Shown here: in pieces, positions 28,831 to 38,625 of the stretch
Numbering within the stretch: the first letter of the stretch is position 1
Layout of the letters: each line of letters begins with the position of its first letter
Source: Selenomonadaceae bacterium
Lineage (GTDB): Bacteria; Bacillota; Negativicutes; Selenomonadales; Selenomonadaceae
Assembly: GCA_017515635.1 (NCBI GenBank)
Contig: JAFWFO010000001.1
Coordinates: 1,162 to 65,161, forward strand
Direction: 5' to 3'
DNA: 64,000 nucleotides
The notes under the pieces: model-generated
Told to the model about the DNA's origin: nothing
Databases searched by the model: none
Seen by the model: the letters and a program-made list of their open reading frames with translations, nothing else
Made by a program: the position numbers and the translations under genes

Positions 28831-30021
28831 TTATTGAACGTTCATGGACAGTTCGATAAATTTGTTCGACAATCTTGCGCGTTGCAGAACTTCTTCGGTG
28901 ACTTCCGCGCCGGCTTCGACGACGATTGTGCCGCTGTCCGCCATAATCGTTTTGGTCGCGTGTTTTCCGAGCAAAACTCTGCGGCGGCGTTCGTCAACGG
29001 CTTTTTCGCGTGAAGATTTTGGCTTGTCTTCGGTGCCCATTGCTTTTTGCAACGCGGATTTCAATTCTTCCGCCTGCTGAGTCATTGCCGCGATTTTATC
29101 TTCGGCGGGTTGTTCGTCGAAGGTGGGCATTTCGTTGACAACGGGGATATCCGAAAGCGTCGGGATGTCAGCCGGTTGTTCTTCAACTTCGAGAGTTGGC
29201 TCTTCGGTGAACGGCGTAAACGGTTCTTCATTAACTTCCGCTTCAACTTCGGGCATCGGGTCGGGTGTCATCATTTCTTCGAGTGACGCTTGAGCTTCTT
29301 CGGGCGTCTCGTTGAAAATGTCGTCCGTGTTCGTTTGTTCTGCGGTTGCGTCGAAAGTTTCAGTCGGGAAATTTGCGGGCGCGTCAAAATTTTGCGTCTG
29401 AGCGTCGAAAGTTTCCTGCGTCACGTCAAAATTTTCTTGCGGAATTTCTGCAGGTTCTTCAACAGGCGGCGTCCAAGTATCTTGCGCGGGTTCTTCAGCC
29501 TGAGCCTCAACCGTCGGAGTGAATGCGGGCGCGCTCGTCACAAAATTATTTTTTTTTTCTGTGCCGGCGTCCACAACAGTGACTTGTTTGCCGAAAATCG
29601 AAATTTGATCTGCATCAACTTCGTTGGCGGAACCTTCGGGCGTGGTGATTTCGACTTTGACGATTTTGCCGCCTTCGCCGATGAAAACTTCGGTGACTTT
29701 GCCTTGAATGCGTCCGGTTTTGGTTATCGCCTTGGTGCCGATGACGCGAATATTTTCATTCAAGAAACGTTCGTAGTCGCCCGCCTCTTCCAAATTCAAA
29801 ATGTTGTCGCTGTGCGTGATTGTAACGGCGTCCTCGCCGATAGCGATAACTGATTCGTAGGGAATGAGTTTGACGCCGCGATACCAGTCGTCGTCCTCTA
29901 TCGTTATCGCCGCAACAACGCCGTTTTTCGCGTCAATAAGCAAGGTTTTACTCATGCCCAGTTCGCGACCTTCGGTTATGCTGATAATCGGCAGTCCCAG
30001 AATTTCAACGCTTTTTTTCAT
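28831..30021 (-). CDS. PRC-barrel domain protein with an acidic Pro/Glu/Thr-rich linker
   Basis: The N-terminus ILGLPIISITEGRELG....LLID.KNG.V.AI.IE is YlmC/YmxH-like, and a second barrel follows. A long low-complexity acidic linker and a C-terminal domain complete the protein. Confidence 0.7.
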   Translation of the reverse strand: MKKSVEILGLPIISITEGRELGMSKTLLIDAKNGVVAAITIEDDDWYRGVKLIPYESVIAIGEDAVTITHSDNILNLEEAGDYERFLNENIRVIGTKAITKTGRIQGKVTEVFIGEGGKIVKVEITTPEGSANEVDADQISIFGKQVTVVDAGTEKKNNFVTSAPAFTPTVEAQAEEPAQDTWTPPVEEPAEIPQENFDVTQETFDAQTQNFDAPANFPTETFDATAEQTNTDDIFNETPEEAQASLEEMMTPDPMPEVEAEVNEEPFTPFTEEPTLEVEEQPADIPTLSDIPVVNEMPTFDEQPAEDKIAAMTQQAEELKSALQKAMGTEDKPKSSREKAVDERRRRVLLGKHATKTIMADSGTIVVEAGAEVTEEVLQRARLSNKFIELSMNVQ

Positions 30022-30124
30022 GCTTGATACCTCCAAAAGTTTTTGTCAATCGGATATGAAATGCACGACTTGACTTTATATCGCTTGCGGCGCGGCGTCA
30101 AGTGCTGCGATAAAACTTTTTTCG

Positions 30125-31306
30125 TCATTTGGCGGAATTGCGAATCTCGGCGTCGATTTCGCGCAAAAATTCTTTGGAAAGTTTGCTGAACGGCGTCGAC
30201 AATGCGCGGTGTCGAAGTAAGACTGTTCGCACGGCGCGCAGGTACTCCAAATTTTTGACGAATTCTTTTTGTGTCTCGGTACTTCGTTCAACCGCCGGCA
30301 AAGTCAAAGCCTCTTCGTAAATTTTTATCGCCTTCGAGTAAAGAGCTTCCTCCTTGTAGACGTTGCCCAAATCAATCGCCACGAAAGGTGCGTATTCGTC
30401 GTTGCGGTAGCGTTCCAGTGCCTTGCGATAAAAATCAATCGCCTGCCAAACGTGTCCTTTTGAGCGTTCCGAATAAGCGCGATCTAAAATGTCGTCGAGC
30501 GTTTCGATTTTTTCTTCGAGTTCGGGCGACGGCTCATGGTGCGAAATTTTTTCCTCGTCCTGAATTTTTTCAATCGTTTCGGGCTTGACGGCGTCGAGCG
30601 GCTTGAAAACTTCTTCATACGGAAAAACTTCGCTTGGCTTCGGTTCGGGCACGGGCTTGGATTTTTTTTCTTCACGCGCAAACTTTTCGAGCTTTTCTAT
30701 CGGCACGGTTTCGAGCGGCTTGAAAACTTCCTCCAGCGGAAATTCTTCAGCCGATTTTTTTTCGGAAGATTTTTCGTCCGATGATTTATTTTCAGCGGGC
30801 GAATCGGTTTCATCCTGCGCGGAAAATTCGTTGTAATGCGAAACGTTGTCGGAAGTTTCTTCAGCTTTTGCAGGTTCGGAAATTTCTGCGTTGACGGTCT
30901 CGACTTTTTCGCCCCACTCAAATTGTTCGACGGGGACAACATCATCTTTAACGTCGGGCGTTTCATCTGCTTTTGAAGAATCTTTTTCGACTTCGGCGCG
31001 ATAGGCGGCACGAACTTCCTCGTTAAAATTTTTCTCCTCTGTTCGCTTTCGTTTGACAAAAAAAATATTCGCCAAAGTCAACACGACCGCTGACGCCGCA
31101 ACCAAAATTCCCAGTCGCAAGAAAAAAGTTTTGTCGGCTGCGGGCGAAATGAATACCGCCGCAAAATCTGCCGCGAAAGCCGCCAAAGCCGCCGCGACCA
31201 ATGTACCGTAATATATTCGCAACCCCATGCGATTTGCCAGCGCGTGAACGAACAGGACGCTGACTATCATGACGGAAGGCACTATCAAAAAAAATGCCAA
31301 CTCCAT
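30125..31306 (-). CDS. membrane protein with an acidic internally repeated region and a TPR-like C-terminus
   Basis: Three predicted TM helices. EEVFKPL(E/D).V..E..EK is repeated twice. The C-terminus W.AIDFYRKALE...NDEY...IDLGNVYKEEALYSKAIKIYEEAL is TPR-like. The start is uncertain (ATG 31306, or TTG 6 nt downstream). Confidence 0.55.
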   Translation of the reverse strand: MELAFFLIVPSVMIVSVLFVHALANRMGLRIYYGTLVAAALAAFAADFAAVFISPAADKTFFLRLGILVAASAVVLTLANIFFVKRKRTEEKNFNEEVRAAYRAEVEKDSSKADETPDVKDDVVPVEQFEWGEKVETVNAEISEPAKAEETSDNVSHYNEFSAQDETDSPAENKSSDEKSSEKKSAEEFPLEEVFKPLETVPIEKLEKFAREEKKSKPVPEPKPSEVFPYEEVFKPLDAVKPETIEKIQDEEKISHHEPSPELEEKIETLDDILDRAYSERSKGHVWQAIDFYRKALERYRNDEYAPFVAIDLGNVYKEEALYSKAIKIYEEALTLPAVERSTETQKEFVKNLEYLRAVRTVLLRHRALSTPFSKLSKEFLREIDAEIRNSAK

Positions 31307-31497
31307 CCCTCCACGAAAAATTTTCAAGTTCAGCTTGCTTGTCGATTTGACTTCGACGCGGCAATTAAAATTCCTTTTGGCAACAAAAATTATCGACAAC
31401 AATTCTGCGCCGCCGCCGGAAATCCTTTAAAAAATTTCGGGCAACTGATATAATCGTCAAAAAGCTTTAAGCTCAAAGTTACAAACGGAGGCAACTC

Positions 31498-32277
31498 GTG
31501 CATCAAATTTTATTTTACGTCGGGGACTTCCCGATTCGTTCTTACGGCGCGATTTTAAGCCTGTCAATTTTTTTGGCGACGGGCGTCGGATATTTTATGG
31601 CGAAATTCGACGGGCGCGGCTACGAAAAATTTTTAATTGACATCGGTTTAACCGGCGGATTTTTCGGCTTACTCGGCGCACGACTTTGGGACGTGTTCTT
31701 TTTCGACTGGGATTATTACCAAAATCATCTCGACGAAATTTTGAACGTGTGGCAAGGCGGCATGGCTGTTCAAGGCGGAATTATTTTGGGCGTGACGGCG
31801 GGCGGACTTTATGCCTACACAAAAAAACTTGACGTGATTCATCTGGCGGATATTTTGGCACCGGCAATCGTCCTCGGTCAAGCTTTGGGACGTTGCGCAA
31901 ATCTTTTGAACGGCGACGCATTCGGAGCACCGACCGGCGGAAATTTCGGCATAATTTATCCCGACACGACGCTTGCTTATCGAACTTACGGGGCGCAACC
32001 GCTTTTTCCCGCCGAAATTTGGGAATGTCAGCTTGACATTGTAATTTTTGCGTTGCTGTTGATTTTCCGTTGCACCAATTACGTCAAAGGTCAATGTTTC
32101 GCGCTGTATGTCATGCTTTACGCGGCGGCAAGATTTTTTCTGGAATTTCTTCGCGGCGACTATACTCAACAAGTTTTCGGCGTCTTGAAGTCCGCGCAGG
32201 TTACAAGCGTCGTGGCGTTCAGCGTCGCGCTGATAATTTTCGTTTATTTACAGTTCAGGAGGTCACGAAATGGCTAA
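31498..32277 (+). CDS. lgt: prolipoprotein diacylglyceryl transferase
   Basis: 259 aa and polytopic. The Y.....S......G, W.GG(M)A..GG and GR..N..N.....G patterns of Lgt are present. GTG start behind GGAGG. Confidence 0.85.
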   Translation: MHQILFYVGDFPIRSYGAILSLSIFLATGVGYFMAKFDGRGYEKFLIDIGLTGGFFGLLGARLWDVFFFDWDYYQNHLDEILNVWQGGMAVQGGIILGVTAGGLYAYTKKLDVIHLADILAPAIVLGQALGRCANLLNGDAFGAPTGGNFGIIYPDTTLAYRTYGAQPLFPAEIWECQLDIVIFALLLIFRCTNYVKGQCFALYVMLYAAARFFLEFLRGDYTQQVFGVLKSAQVTSVVAFSVALIIFVYLQFRRSRNG

Positions 32278-32548
32278 TCAATCCATGGAAGACGTTTTAA
32301 AATTGGTTCACAGCTACAACAACCCGCCGAACAGATTGCGTTCCGTGCAGGAAATTAACGCCCGTTACCTGCAAACGCTTGAGAATTACAAAAAAATTTG
32401 TTTCATGTCGGGCGACGTACGCGACCAAAAAATCGCCGTCCACGCCGAAATTAAAATGCTCGGTTGGGTTTTGGGCAAGCCCGAAAAGGACATTATCAAG
32501 GACATCAACGATCATTCCAATCGTCCGAATTTTCCTTTGCAACTATGA
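32270..32548 (+). CDS. hypothetical protein (92 aa)
   Basis: The ATG overlaps the lgt stop region, suggesting translational coupling. No recognisable motif. Confidence 0.5.
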   Translation: MANQSMEDVLKLVHSYNNPPNRLRSVQEINARYLQTLENYKKICFMSGDVRDQKIAVHAEIKMLGWVLGKPEKDIIKDINDHSNRPNFPLQL

Positions 32549-33099
32549 ACGAGTTAAAAGAACTTCAAAAAATTTTGTACGAGGAGACCGCGCAGTTTCG
32601 GAAATTCTCGCGGAAGTTTTATTTCATCGCGGCGGCAATTTTTTTCGCGCTGGCTTTCGCGGTTGTGCTTTATCCGAAAGACGACACGCCGCCCAGTTGG
32701 CACGAAGAAATTTTTCCGTCCGAAAGAATCAGTTTTATTCGTGACGGAAAACTTGTCGCGTTGCCTGACGGAAATTATCCGCTTGCAATGCCGCCCGCAG
32801 GAACTTTCGTCGGGGAAGTTGCGCCGCTTATGCTCGTGCAAGTCGACGCCGAATGGTATCCGCTGAACATCGTCGACGATTCGATTATCCCGCGTCAAGG
32901 AAAACTTTTGCCACTGAAAATTTTATTCGGCTTCACGTCCGCGCACGCCGAAAACACGCTCAAGTACAAAGAAAAAAACGGCAACGATCCCGTCGCCGAT
33001 TATCGGAAAAAAGCGTTTTATTATCTGTCAGTTGTTGACGGTTACGGTCAAGTTAAGCGCGGTTTTGAAATTAAAGACGTGCCGCCGAAAAAAAATTAG
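32545..33099 (+). CDS. hypothetical single-pass membrane protein (184 aa)
   Basis: ATGA overlap with the previous ORF. One TM segment (FYFIAAAIFFALAFAVVLY). The ORF ends in TAG. Confidence 0.5.
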   Translation: MNELKELQKILYEETAQFRKFSRKFYFIAAAIFFALAFAVVLYPKDDTPPSWHEEIFPSERISFIRDGKLVALPDGNYPLAMPPAGTFVGEVAPLMLVQVDAEWYPLNIVDDSIIPRQGKLLPLKILFGFTSAHAENTLKYKEKNGNDPVADYRKKAFYYLSVVDGYGQVKRGFEIKDVPPKKN

Positions 33100-33116
33100 G
33101 AACGCGGCTCCGATTT

Positions 33117-34163
33117 TTAATTCCCAACGCCCAATTGCTTTTTCGCGGCGTCGATAACTTGCGCGGGCGTGACGTTTTGCAGGCAGGCGGGTTTCGGGAA
33201 CGTCGGACACTGTTCGGCTTTGAAAGTGCACGGACAACAATTTTCGCGGCTCGTGAAAGCAATCGCATTCGGATTAATCGGGTGCCAGCGGTCGGGGCTT
33301 GTGCAACCGTACATCGTTATCATTTTGACGCCGGTCGTCGCGGCAATGTGCGTTGCGCCCGTGTCGACGGTGATAAATAAATCTGCGCGCCGAAAAAGTT
33401 CCGCCAAATCCGTCAGCGAAGTTTCGCCACAAAAATTTTCCACGTCAAAGCCGATTTCGCGAATAACTTCGTCGGCATAATCTTTATCATTCGGCGCACC
33501 GACAACGAAAAATGCCGCGTCATAACTTTTGTTGAGTTCGCGAACGACTTCGGCAAAATATTCTTTGCTCCACGTCTTGAGCGGAAAAGTTCCTTTGACA
33601 CACAGCGCGATTTTAAATTTTTTATCGGGCAAACGTGCAAGCAACTTTTCTGCGACGGGCGAATTTTTTTGCGGGAATTTGGGCGTCTCGTGCCCGTCAA
33701 TGCCGAAAAATTTGCGGACAATTTCTTGATAAGTTTCCGCCTGCAAAGTTTTGTTCAGATCGTGCGAAATTTCTATAACGTCGGTGTAAAGCATGGTTAC
33801 GCGACTTTTGTTGTTGTCAAAAACTTTCGTCGGGCAAACTCTGCGCGGAATTCTCGCCAAAAATGTCAGCAACGCGGGACGAAGTTTTCTGTCAAACGAA
33901 ATTGCCAAATCGAAATTCCGCCGCCGAATTTCTTTGATGAGCGCACGCATTTTGCCGAAAGAATTTTCCTTGGCGCGGTAGTCCAAAATTATCACGTCGT
34001 CGACAACGGGATTGTCAATCACGGCGTCTTTGACAACGGGCTTGACGAGCATCGTGATTTTCGTTTCGGGGAAATTTTTTTTAATGAGCGCAAGCGCGGA
34101 AGTCGTCAACACCACGTCGCCGAGATTTACCAGCGCATTGACCAAAATATTTTTAAACATCAT
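33117..34163 (-). CDS. glycosyltransferase family 9 (LPS heptosyltransferase-like)
   Basis: NILV..L..LGDVVLTT.AL..IKK.FP...I..LV is the typical GT9 N-terminus. The C-terminal pattern D.GA.H.AA..G is also present. Confidence 0.85.
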   Translation of the reverse strand: MMFKNILVNALVNLGDVVLTTSALALIKKNFPETKITMLVKPVVKDAVIDNPVVDDVIILDYRAKENSFGKMRALIKEIRRRNFDLAISFDRKLRPALLTFLARIPRRVCPTKVFDNNKSRVTMLYTDVIEISHDLNKTLQAETYQEIVRKFFGIDGHETPKFPQKNSPVAEKLLARLPDKKFKIALCVKGTFPLKTWSKEYFAEVVRELNKSYDAAFFVVGAPNDKDYADEVIREIGFDVENFCGETSLTDLAELFRRADLFITVDTGATHIAATTGVKMITMYGCTSPDRWHPINPNAIAFTSRENCCPCTFKAEQCPTFPKPACLQNVTPAQVIDAAKKQLGVGN

Positions 34164-34938
34164 TTTGCTCCGTTACATGAATATTTTCTTTGCCGTAATA
34201 ATACAGCTTGACATATTTCGCCATCGTGTAGAAATAATGGAAGCCCGCCAGCACGAAGCCGATTCGCCCGTCGAGGAAGCCGCCGCGCAAAAAATACATG
34301 CGAAAACTCGCCCAAATCGGATGAAAAATCATATCCAAAATGTTCGCGGATTTGCCTTGCTCGTGCGCTTTTTTCGCGGCAAGCGTCGTGTAAAAGTTCA
34401 GCTTGTTAAAATAGTGATTCCAATCGCGATACGGATAGTGAACCAGGTACGCCGATTCGGGAAAATCTTTTTCGGTGCACGGGTGATGAATTTGCGGGTG
34501 AACAAAGCCCGTGACGTAACTGCCCTGCGTCGGGAAAAGTCGCGTGACGTAATCGGGGAACCAGCCGCCGTGTTTGAGCGGTTGACCCCAAAAATAACTC
34601 AGCCGCGCCGTTCGCCAAGCAATTTTTTTGTCGTCAGTAGCCAAAATTTTTTTTATCTCGGCGGAAAGTTCGGGCGTGGCGCGTTCGTCGGCGTCAATGA
34701 AAAAAACCCAATCGAATTTCGCCTGTTGAATTGCAAACGTCTGTTGCCCGCCCCAATCGCCCGCAAGTGCACGTTGCACGACACGCGCTCCGAGCTCGGC
34801 GGAAATTTTCGCAGTCGCGTCGGTGCTGAAGTCGTCGATAACAACAACTTCGTCCGCAAAATCCAAAACACTTTTTATGCACGCAGCGATAAATTTTTCT
34901 TCGTTCTTCGCCAGAATCAGCACGGAAACTTTAGCCAT
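34153..34938 (-). CDS. glycosyltransferase family 2 (LPS-core type)
   Basis: VSVLILAKNEE..I..CI.SV..FADEVVVIDDFSTD.T and FIDADE (DxD) motifs. Confidence 0.85.
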   Translation of the reverse strand: MAKVSVLILAKNEEKFIAACIKSVLDFADEVVVIDDFSTDATAKISAELGARVVQRALAGDWGGQQTFAIQQAKFDWVFFIDADERATPELSAEIKKILATDDKKIAWRTARLSYFWGQPLKHGGWFPDYVTRLFPTQGSYVTGFVHPQIHHPCTEKDFPESAYLVHYPYRDWNHYFNKLNFYTTLAAKKAHEQGKSANILDMIFHPIWASFRMYFLRGGFLDGRIGFVLAGFHYFYTMAKYVKLYYYGKENIHVTEQNDV

Positions 34939-35004
34939 TAAATTCCTCCAAAGTTGATTTTAAAAATTTTTGTGATACAATCTTGTTGAAAGGAGTTGAT
35001 TTTC

Positions 35005-35289
35005 ATGTATGCAATCGCTTTTAATTTGAAAATTGACGACCTTAAACGTGAGTATGGAGACCCTTACAACGGTGCTTACGATGAAATTCGCCGTGAACTT
35101 ACGACACTCGGTTTTGATTGGACACAAGGGAGCGTTTACGTCAGCAACAGCGAAAAAGATTCTTTGACAACGGTTTACAAGGCGATTATCAAGCTCTCAA
35201 ATATCGGCTGGTTTAAGCGTAGTGTCCGAGACATTCGTGCTTTTAAAGTAGAAGATTGGTCTGACTTCACTGAAGTTGTTAAAGGTTGA
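35005..35289 (+). CDS. vapD: virulence-associated protein D (VapD, Cas2-fold endoribonuclease family)
   Basis: MYAIAF.L......Y...Y..AY..I...L...GF...QGSVY.......L..VY.AI..L....[18 protein letters not shown] is colinear with the VapD sequences I recall. AAGGAG RBS upstream. Confidence 0.85.
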   Translation: MYAIAFNLKIDDLKREYGDPYNGAYDEIRRELTTLGFDWTQGSVYVSNSEKDSLTTVYKAIIKLSNIGWFKRSVRDIRAFKVEDWSDFTEVVKG

Positions 35290-35302
35290 CAGAAAAAATC
35301 TT

Positions 35303-35331
35303 GCCTCGAACGAAAAGTCGGGGCTTTTTTA
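35303..35331 (+). terminator. rho-independent terminator after vapD
   Basis: GCCTCGA-loop-TCGGGGC followed by T6. Confidence 0.65.
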
Positions 35332-35387
35332 TTGCAGAAATTTTTTCAATACGTTTGGCAAAATTCATGGGCGAGTCGCTCGAAAAT

Positions 35388-36521
35388 TCAAGTGTTGATA
35401 ATTTTTTCGATACGTTTGGCGAAATTCACGGGTGAAAAATTTTCTCCCGCCGCCTGCAAGTTCGCCGCATATGTCGGAAAGTTTTTGTCGAAGTCGTTGA
35501 TAAAAGTTTCAAGCACGCGGGCAAGTTCGTCCAAATTTCCGCTCTCGAAAGTTTCGCCGACGCGGTACAGGTCGAAAACTTCGGGATTCATGTCGTTGCT
35601 TGCGACAACGGGCTTGCCGAAGCCGATCGCCGTGAAAAGCATTCCGCCCCAATGATAACGGTAACGCTCCGCAGAATACGGCATCAACAGCGCGTCCACG
35701 CCGAAAATCGCCCGTTGCCACTCCGCGCCGATTAAACCTTTGTGCAAAAAACTTAACCGTTCGTCGCCGCCGTATTGCCGAATAATTTCTTCAAAGTCGT
35801 CCGAATCCTCTTTGTGCATCGTCGAACCTTGAACTTGCAATTTAACTTTCCGCGTGTACTTTCCGCGTAAAAAAACTTCCAGCAACCCGCGCAGATTTTT
35901 TTCGCGACGATACTGCCCGAAGAAGCCGACTTTCAAAACTTCGCCCGCCGCAGAAATTTTCGGAGCAACTTTCAAATCTCGTGCGGTGTACGTTGGCGGG
36001 TAAATCGTGAAAATATTTTCGCGCCGCTGTCCGAAAATCGAATCGCCGAACGTCAAAACAACTGGCTTGATATTTCTGTTCGACGAAAGTTTTTCAGCTT
36101 CCGCCAAAAATTTCGGTGCTTCTGTCGGATTTATTCCGTGCAAGATAAAAATCATCGGGACGGAAATTTTTTTCAACGAACTGTGATTCAACGCCCGCAA
36201 ATATCTGTAAGTCGACGTGGGGACAATCAGCGCGTCGAAATTTTTTTGTGCGTCGAAAAGCTGACTGTACCAGCGTTGACGATTTATTTCGCGTTTGGCG
36301 GCGGCAAAAATTTTCTTCAACCCGCGTGAATTCGTGTAAGTGACGGCGTCGCCATTGAGCCGCGTAACGGGCGTGTGATAATCGAATTGGAACGAAAAAT
36401 TTTCGGGGACGTAAAACTCGACGCTGTGACCGAGTGCGCGAAATTCCTCAACGATAATTCTGTCGAATTCGACTTCGTGACCGCCGGGCGTCATTATGTT
36501 TTCAAAAATTGCAAGCTTCAA
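35388..36521 (-). CDS. glycosyltransferase family 4 (group 1)
   Basis: 377 aa with a GT-B layout. The N-terminus is ..GGHEVEF and the C-terminal half has conserved E...E-type spacing. The TTG start overlaps the upstream stop (TTGA). Confidence 0.7.
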   Translation of the reverse strand: MKLAIFENIMTPGGHEVEFDRIIVEEFRALGHSVEFYVPENFSFQFDYHTPVTRLNGDAVTYTNSRGLKKIFAAAKREINRQRWYSQLFDAQKNFDALIVPTSTYRYLRALNHSSLKKISVPMIFILHGINPTEAPKFLAEAEKLSSNRNIKPVVLTFGDSIFGQRRENIFTIYPPTYTARDLKVAPKISAAGEVLKVGFFGQYRREKNLRGLLEVFLRGKYTRKVKLQVQGSTMHKEDSDDFEEIIRQYGGDERLSFLHKGLIGAEWQRAIFGVDALLMPYSAERYRYHWGGMLFTAIGFGKPVVASNDMNPEVFDLYRVGETFESGNLDELARVLETFINDFDKNFPTYAANLQAAGENFSPVNFAKRIEKIINT

Positions 36522-37438
36522 CGTTCAAACCCCCGTAACGTGTCGACAATCGATTTATCCAGCTCATCAAGCAACGCGAATCGCCGACGATATTGGGCGC
36601 GTTTGTGTGACGGAATTTCTTCGACGGTTTTGCGCGTCTCTGTGAGCGGCAACTCGAAAAATCTTACGTCGTTCGTCTGCAAGCCGCCGACTTCCGCCCA
36701 AAAGTCGCTGAACGAAGTTTTTAATTTTCTGTCGCTGCGAATGTGATTGTTGGCGTAATAGCCTGCGTTCGTGACGGCAAAAATTTTCGTCAATCCCAAA
36801 CTTCGGGCAACGGACTGCGCGGCGTAGAGAATCAAATTTTTCGTGCGGTAAGCGTGACATTTTTTCGTTATGCGTTTGACCAAATCTTTCGCGTCGTCGA
36901 CGTTGGGGCCTTGCATTGCGCCAATCCACATCGCCCACGAGCCGTCGCGATTAATCAATTCGTCCCGCGCAATCCAAAACAAAATTTGATACACGGGCAC
37001 TTCACCGGGCAAATTGAACATTACCGCCGCGAGACCTTCTTTGCGTTGACCGGATTCCGCGCACAAGACCAAATTCATTTCGCCTAAAGTTTCATCCAAA
37101 GCCATTCGCCACAGTTCGATTTTTTTGTCGCCGTAAAGTTTCAGCATGAAGTCATCGTTCATGCGTGCCGACAAAAATTCCATGTTTTCTTCGACAAGCC
37201 GCGCCCGTTCCTCGAACGTCGACTTGTGATAAAAAAATGCCCGCGTCGCCTGTTCGTAAACAAACGGATAACCTTCCGCGATTTTTTTGAACAGCTCCGA
37301 CTGCCCGAAAAATTTTTCCAAGCGGCTCATGCGTTGCGGGTGCAAAAGACAGCGCGCAAGAAACACGGCGAATCGGTGCGCCTCGCGTGGATTGTTCAAG
37401 TCATAAATTTTTTTTCCGAGTTCTATAAAGTTGCTCAC
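36518..37438 (-). CDS. VirK/YbjX-family protein (DUF535)
   Basis: 306 aa. Regions such as ..EG..........WIGA.QGP and F..FW.E.GG and the C-terminal basic tail fit DUF535. It sits in the LPS-core context. Confidence 0.7.
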   Translation of the reverse strand: MSNFIELGKKIYDLNNPREAHRFAVFLARCLLHPQRMSRLEKFFGQSELFKKIAEGYPFVYEQATRAFFYHKSTFEERARLVEENMEFLSARMNDDFMLKLYGDKKIELWRMALDETLGEMNLVLCAESGQRKEGLAAVMFNLPGEVPVYQILFWIARDELINRDGSWAMWIGAMQGPNVDDAKDLVKRITKKCHAYRTKNLILYAAQSVARSLGLTKIFAVTNAGYYANNHIRSDRKLKTSFSDFWAEVGGLQTNDVRFFELPLTETRKTVEEIPSHKRAQYRRRFALLDELDKSIVDTLRGFER

Positions 37439-37944
37439 GATAATTTTTCAACCTCAGTTTTGACAGCCTCAAAAAGATTTCCGCCCGTGAATAAAATTCC
37501 GTCGCGAAGACCCGCCGCCCGTGCCGAATCAATGTCGCGTTGAGAATCACCAAACAAAATCGACCGCGCAGGATCGATTTGCAATTCTTCACACGCCCGC
37601 AAAATCATTCCCGGTTTCGGCTTGCGACAATCGCAGGTGACGGCAAATTCGGCGACGGTTCCTTCGGGGTGGTGCGGACAAAAATAAAACGCGTCGATAT
37701 GTGCGCCGACCTCCGACAAACTTTTTTGCATGAAGTCATGAAGTTTGGCGACATCTGCGGCGGTGTACATTCCGCGAGCAATTCCGCTTTGATTCGTGAC
37801 GACGACGACCAAAAGCCCGCGTTCGTTGCAAAATTTAATCGCGTCGCATGCGCCGTCAATCCACACGAATTTTTCAATCTGCCAAAGGTAACCGACTTCC
37901 GCGTTTAAAACGCCGTCTCTGTCAAAAAAAATCGCCGCGTTCAT
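37435..37944 (-). CDS. gmhB: D-glycero-beta-D-manno-heptose 1,7-bisphosphate 7-phosphatase
   Basis: HAD-IIIA motifs FFDRDGVLN, VVVTNQSGI and GDS.RD, plus the GmhB Zn-loop CPHHP....C.CRKPKPGM. ATG lies behind GGAGG. Confidence 0.9.
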   Translation of the reverse strand: MNAAIFFDRDGVLNAEVGYLWQIEKFVWIDGACDAIKFCNERGLLVVVVTNQSGIARGMYTAADVAKLHDFMQKSLSEVGAHIDAFYFCPHHPEGTVAEFAVTCDCRKPKPGMILRACEELQIDPARSILFGDSQRDIDSARAAGLRDGILFTGGNLFEAVKTEVEKLS

Positions 37945-38036
37945 TGCTTCGCCTCCGAAAAAATTTTCGCTATCGTGATTCGTCGACGCGCCGTCAAATT
38001 CCTGCCGCAGTTTTGTCACAATAACGCGCCGAAAAA

Positions 38037-38068
38037 ATTCCTAACTCCTAATTCCAAACTCCTAACTG
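38037..38068. repeat. CCTAA(C/T)T heptamer-like repeat in the gmhB/ctsR divergent region
   Basis: ATTCCTAACTCCTAATTCCAAACTCCTAACTG. It has a single arm and no inverted partner nearby. Confidence 0.7.
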
Positions 38069-38077
38069 AAAAAACGC

Positions 38078-38106
38078 TTGCCGATTTGATTTTTTACGGC
38101 TATAAT
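38078..38106 (+). promoter_or_regulatory. sigma-70-type promoter TTGCCG-17nt-TATAAT, with one CtsR-box-like half-site (GTCAAAA) directly downstream
   Basis: -35 at 38078-83 and -10 at 38101-06. GTCAAAA at 38107-13 resembles one heptad of the (A/G)GTCAAA-NAN-(A/G)GTCAAA CtsR operator. The second heptad is not convincing. Confidence 0.5.
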
Positions 38107-38135
38107 GTCAAAATATCAAGACGAGGTGATTGATT

Positions 38136-38612
38136 ATGTTGAACAACAAAGCGGACACGATTGAGAAATATATCCTCAGCCGACTGGAAGGCAACGAAGA
38201 GAAAAAAATTGAACTCAAGCGCACGGCTTTGGCGGACGAAATCAGTTGTGCGCCGTCACAGATCAGTTACGTTTTGAGTACGCGTTTCACGACCGAACGC
38301 GGCTTTGCGGTTGAATCGCGGCGCGGTTTGGGCGGCTACATTCGCATTGCCGTCATTGCCGAGGAGGTTGATCGCAAGCAACTTTTGTTCCGCGAAATGA
38401 TTGAAGAGATTGACGAATACACGCCCTTTGCCCGAATCAAAACGATGCTTGATTTTCTGTTGAACAATCGAATTGTCACGCGGCGTGAGGCTGAACTTGT
38501 CGCGCAGATGTCGGCGAACCTGTACAAATCCGAGTTGGCGAAAAAAATTTCTCCGGAAGAACGCGCAAAATTAATCCGCTCAACTTTTGTGACGCTGGCA
38601 AAAATAACCTGA
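38136..38612 (+). CDS. ctsR: class III stress-gene repressor CtsR
   Basis: ..D.IE.YI...L......E.KR..LA..I.CAPSQISYVLSTRFT.ERGF.VESRRG.GGYIRI is the CtsR signature. Confidence 0.9.
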   Translation: MLNNKADTIEKYILSRLEGNEEKKIELKRTALADEISCAPSQISYVLSTRFTTERGFAVESRRGLGGYIRIAVIAEEVDRKQLLFREMIEEIDEYTPFARIKTMLDFLLNNRIVTRREAELVAQMSANLYKSELAKKISPEERAKLIRSTFVTLAKIT

Positions 38613-38625
38613 CGGGTGACTTGAC

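Noticed and set aside
34012-34941. A 309-aa plus-strand ORF across the GT9/GT2 genes.
   Set aside because: It overlaps two minus-strand glycosyltransferase genes that have clear family motifs. Its translation is Arg/Phe-rich with no motif.
38107-38123. A full CtsR operator upstream of ctsR.
   Set aside because: Only the first heptad (GTCAAAA) resembles the consensus. The expected second heptad 3 nt downstream (TCAAGAC) does not match, so it is reported only as a half-site.
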